Assembly: GCA_964057225.1 (NCBI GenBank)
Contig: OZ059898.1
Span: 5,518,001 to 5,582,000, forward strand
Length of the DNA: 64,000 nt
DNA from: Auanema rhodensis
Lineage: Eukaryota; Animalia; Nematoda
Direction of reading: 5' to 3'
Made by a program: the position numbers and the translations under genes. This document shows, in pieces, positions 61,613-64,000 of this stretch. The notes under the pieces are model-generated. The model was not told the origin of the DNA, did not search any database, and saw only the letters and a list, made by a program, of their open reading frames with translations. The stretch's first letter is position 1, and every line of letters begins with the position of its first letter.

Positions 61613-63252
61613 TATATATATATATATCAATTTGATATATCTAAATATACTTTACTTACCAGATAAATACGATTAAAGAAACACAGTCTCATAACAAAAA
61701 AAACAAAGACATGAATAATATGACATATGGATTTCATGTCATAATCAATTCTAATAAATATATGCCTTTAGTTAAATAAATCTTTTTAATAATTACTTAT
61801 ACAAAAAATATAACAAATCAAACTTTAATTTATTTTAATAAGAGGACTTTGATGAAGCTTAAAATGTAGCATAGCCAGAAAGCGACCTGTCACCAGCAAA
61901 TGTTAGGTAAGAGTGATGTCCACGTGCGTACCTCAGCAAACAATAGTCGGCATTCAAAGGTGTATCATCTATACAAGACATTGAAAGATTATGCTAATTT
62001 ATATGAGATATCATATTATACATTAATCAAGAAGAAAAATAAGAAAATCCGTTTGTTCTTTCAAAATTTTACAGGTTACTTTTCGTTTTAGTCACCGTCG
62101 AATAGATCAAATTGAGTTGATTGTTCAAACAATGCTTTCATTTGCCTGTTCACTGAGCCTTCACAGTGCAGCTTATAAAATTTTTTGATTTGTCTACTGA
62201 TTGAATTTAAGACTTGGCATAGTCATAGTTAGTAACATATACACACGTATATAACTTCATTGTAAATCTTAAGGTGAAAACTTGAACCTACAAGTTGTCT
62301 TCTTACCCCTTCATGCTTATTTTTTAAATTCCATCTGATTGTTTTATTTGAATTTCTTATCACCTTATTTGATATATCTTTATATTACCATATTTGCAAC
62401 ATAGATATCTACGTAACTATTACTCTTTAATAATTACGATAAAGATGTACATCGAACACCCAAAAATTAAAATTACTAATTAAATTTCTCATGAAATGTA
62501 GTTGATTTAACTTTTTTTCCATTAATCCTATTTGTACATGTAAATATGAAATATCATATCAAAGGTTTTATCAGTTTCTTCCGTTTTATATATTTTTGTG
62601 TCACATATCAGACTACTTGGGTATATATGTATATAGACATATATCTGATATATCTAATTATATTTGGAGCCTACTACAAAAAATAAGCTTAATTTTAATT
62701 ATTTGTCAAATTTGGTAATGTGATCCTCTCCAAATGATGTCATAAACGTAAAAATTCTTAGTCATCAAGGAAGATAAATTGAGAAAAACGTTTTTGATAA
62801 TCAACTCACAAGGCAAATATTCCACCAGTGATAGTTATATTTACTTATCAATTCAGTTAAGATAGATTGGCACATTTTTAGTTCAATACGGATTGATGAC
62901 ATCATCCTATGTTAATGTTTGAAATGCCGTCTTATCATCCACAGAGACATTTTCGATTTCTGTGTCTAGGCCAAGAATCGCATTTGAACATATTAATTTA
63001 TTTATTCTAGCTCTTATGATTAAAGACAATTTTCTAGATTTCTTTGGAAGTAATAGTTCAAAATTGTAAATAGCTATCTATTTGTGTACTTTCTTTTAAA
63101 ATTTATATAGTATCGCATTACAACTCTATTTCATACCAGTATAAGGATATACATGACCACTTATATCGAATATGCCTCTGAATTCAATTATTTTTATATC
63201 TTATAGCATAGTAATTCTAACTTTTGAATTTTCATATTTCAGCTTACATGTT

Positions 63253-64000
63253 ATGGGTGCATTTACTCAGCTTAGATTGTTATTATGGAAAAACTGGTTA
63301 CAACAAATTCGATCTCCTTGGTTTACGCTTTTCGAATTTCTTGTACCACTTTCGTTGATTGGAGCTAGTTTCGGACTTATGATAGGTGTTAGTTTGTATG
63401 TTGTTCAGAATCTTCGATTTATACAATGTTTAGTTGCGAGGTAACTTTGAGGTATCATATGCAGAGAGGGTTTATTCTACTTGGCCGGTCATGGGTAGTG
63501 CATACGACCTTTTCATTATGACAAAACCAGGAGATTTCGATGTCAGAACATAATTCTATTAACTGTTAAATAATAAAATTTTTTGCAGAGTGCAATTGTA
63601 GATCCATCAGCGGTATATTCAACAGATGGTAGCTGTGCTTTTCTGAACGTTACCCAAGTTGGGGATACGTTTATTCTGAGAATGGATATTGCATTTGCGC
63701 CTAAAACGACATCCACAATTGCGATTATGAACACAGTTAAAGTAATAATCTAATAATAATAATGTACTACTTACATTAAAATGTTTCAGAATCGTTATTC
63801 TGGAAAAGATATTCTAAATACACCTGAAATTCACAAGATTCTCAATGGTACTTATAAGTCAATGCCTTTCGTTAATTCTGCAATTAACGTTGAGTGCAAT
63901 GTACATGGTAATGAAATGATTAAGAGTCAATTTAATTTCTAAGAATAACAGGTTATACAACTGAAGCTGAAATGGTCAATGACCTCAAAAATTCATTTTC
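63253..64000 (+). CDS. ABCA-subfamily transporter, 5' part (truncated by window end)
   Basis: [33 protein letters not shown] is the typical ABCA N-terminus (abt-4-like); further exons follow. Confidence 0.88.

Overview
AT-rich, gene-dense eukaryotic DNA from a rhabditid (probably clade V) nematode, with very short introns (mostly ~40-50 nt). About 22 protein-coding loci could be assembled by hand: the two-product CUX/CASP locus (ceh-44/cone-1), NDUFA8, WDR7/rbc-2, a secreted cystine-knot precursor, a run of 12 co-oriented minus-strand genes (exos-9, pfd-5, GH18 chitinase, cyk-3/USP32, RSRC2, an orphan, him-6/BLM, anillin, lin-37, TMEM147, a LOTUS protein, abcf-2), then ANT, cdk-5, GST-omega, a Thr-rich C6-domain protein, beta-sarcoglycan, a 4-TM protein and the 5' end of an ABCA transporter. 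Non-coding features include a MITE sitting in a (TA)n tract, an E-box cluster and an intronic ATCGAT cluster. The most notable observation is a ~35-bp long-range RNA duplex (7152-7188 with 3278-3315; 13-bp perfect core). It would loop out the whole ~3.8-kb CUX-specific segment and bring the shared splice donor next to the CASP acceptor, and its upstream arm sits among CELF/RBFOX-type motifs. All gene models were assembled by eye without database searches. CDS coordinates are start-to-stop spans including introns, and orthology calls come from recalled motifs.
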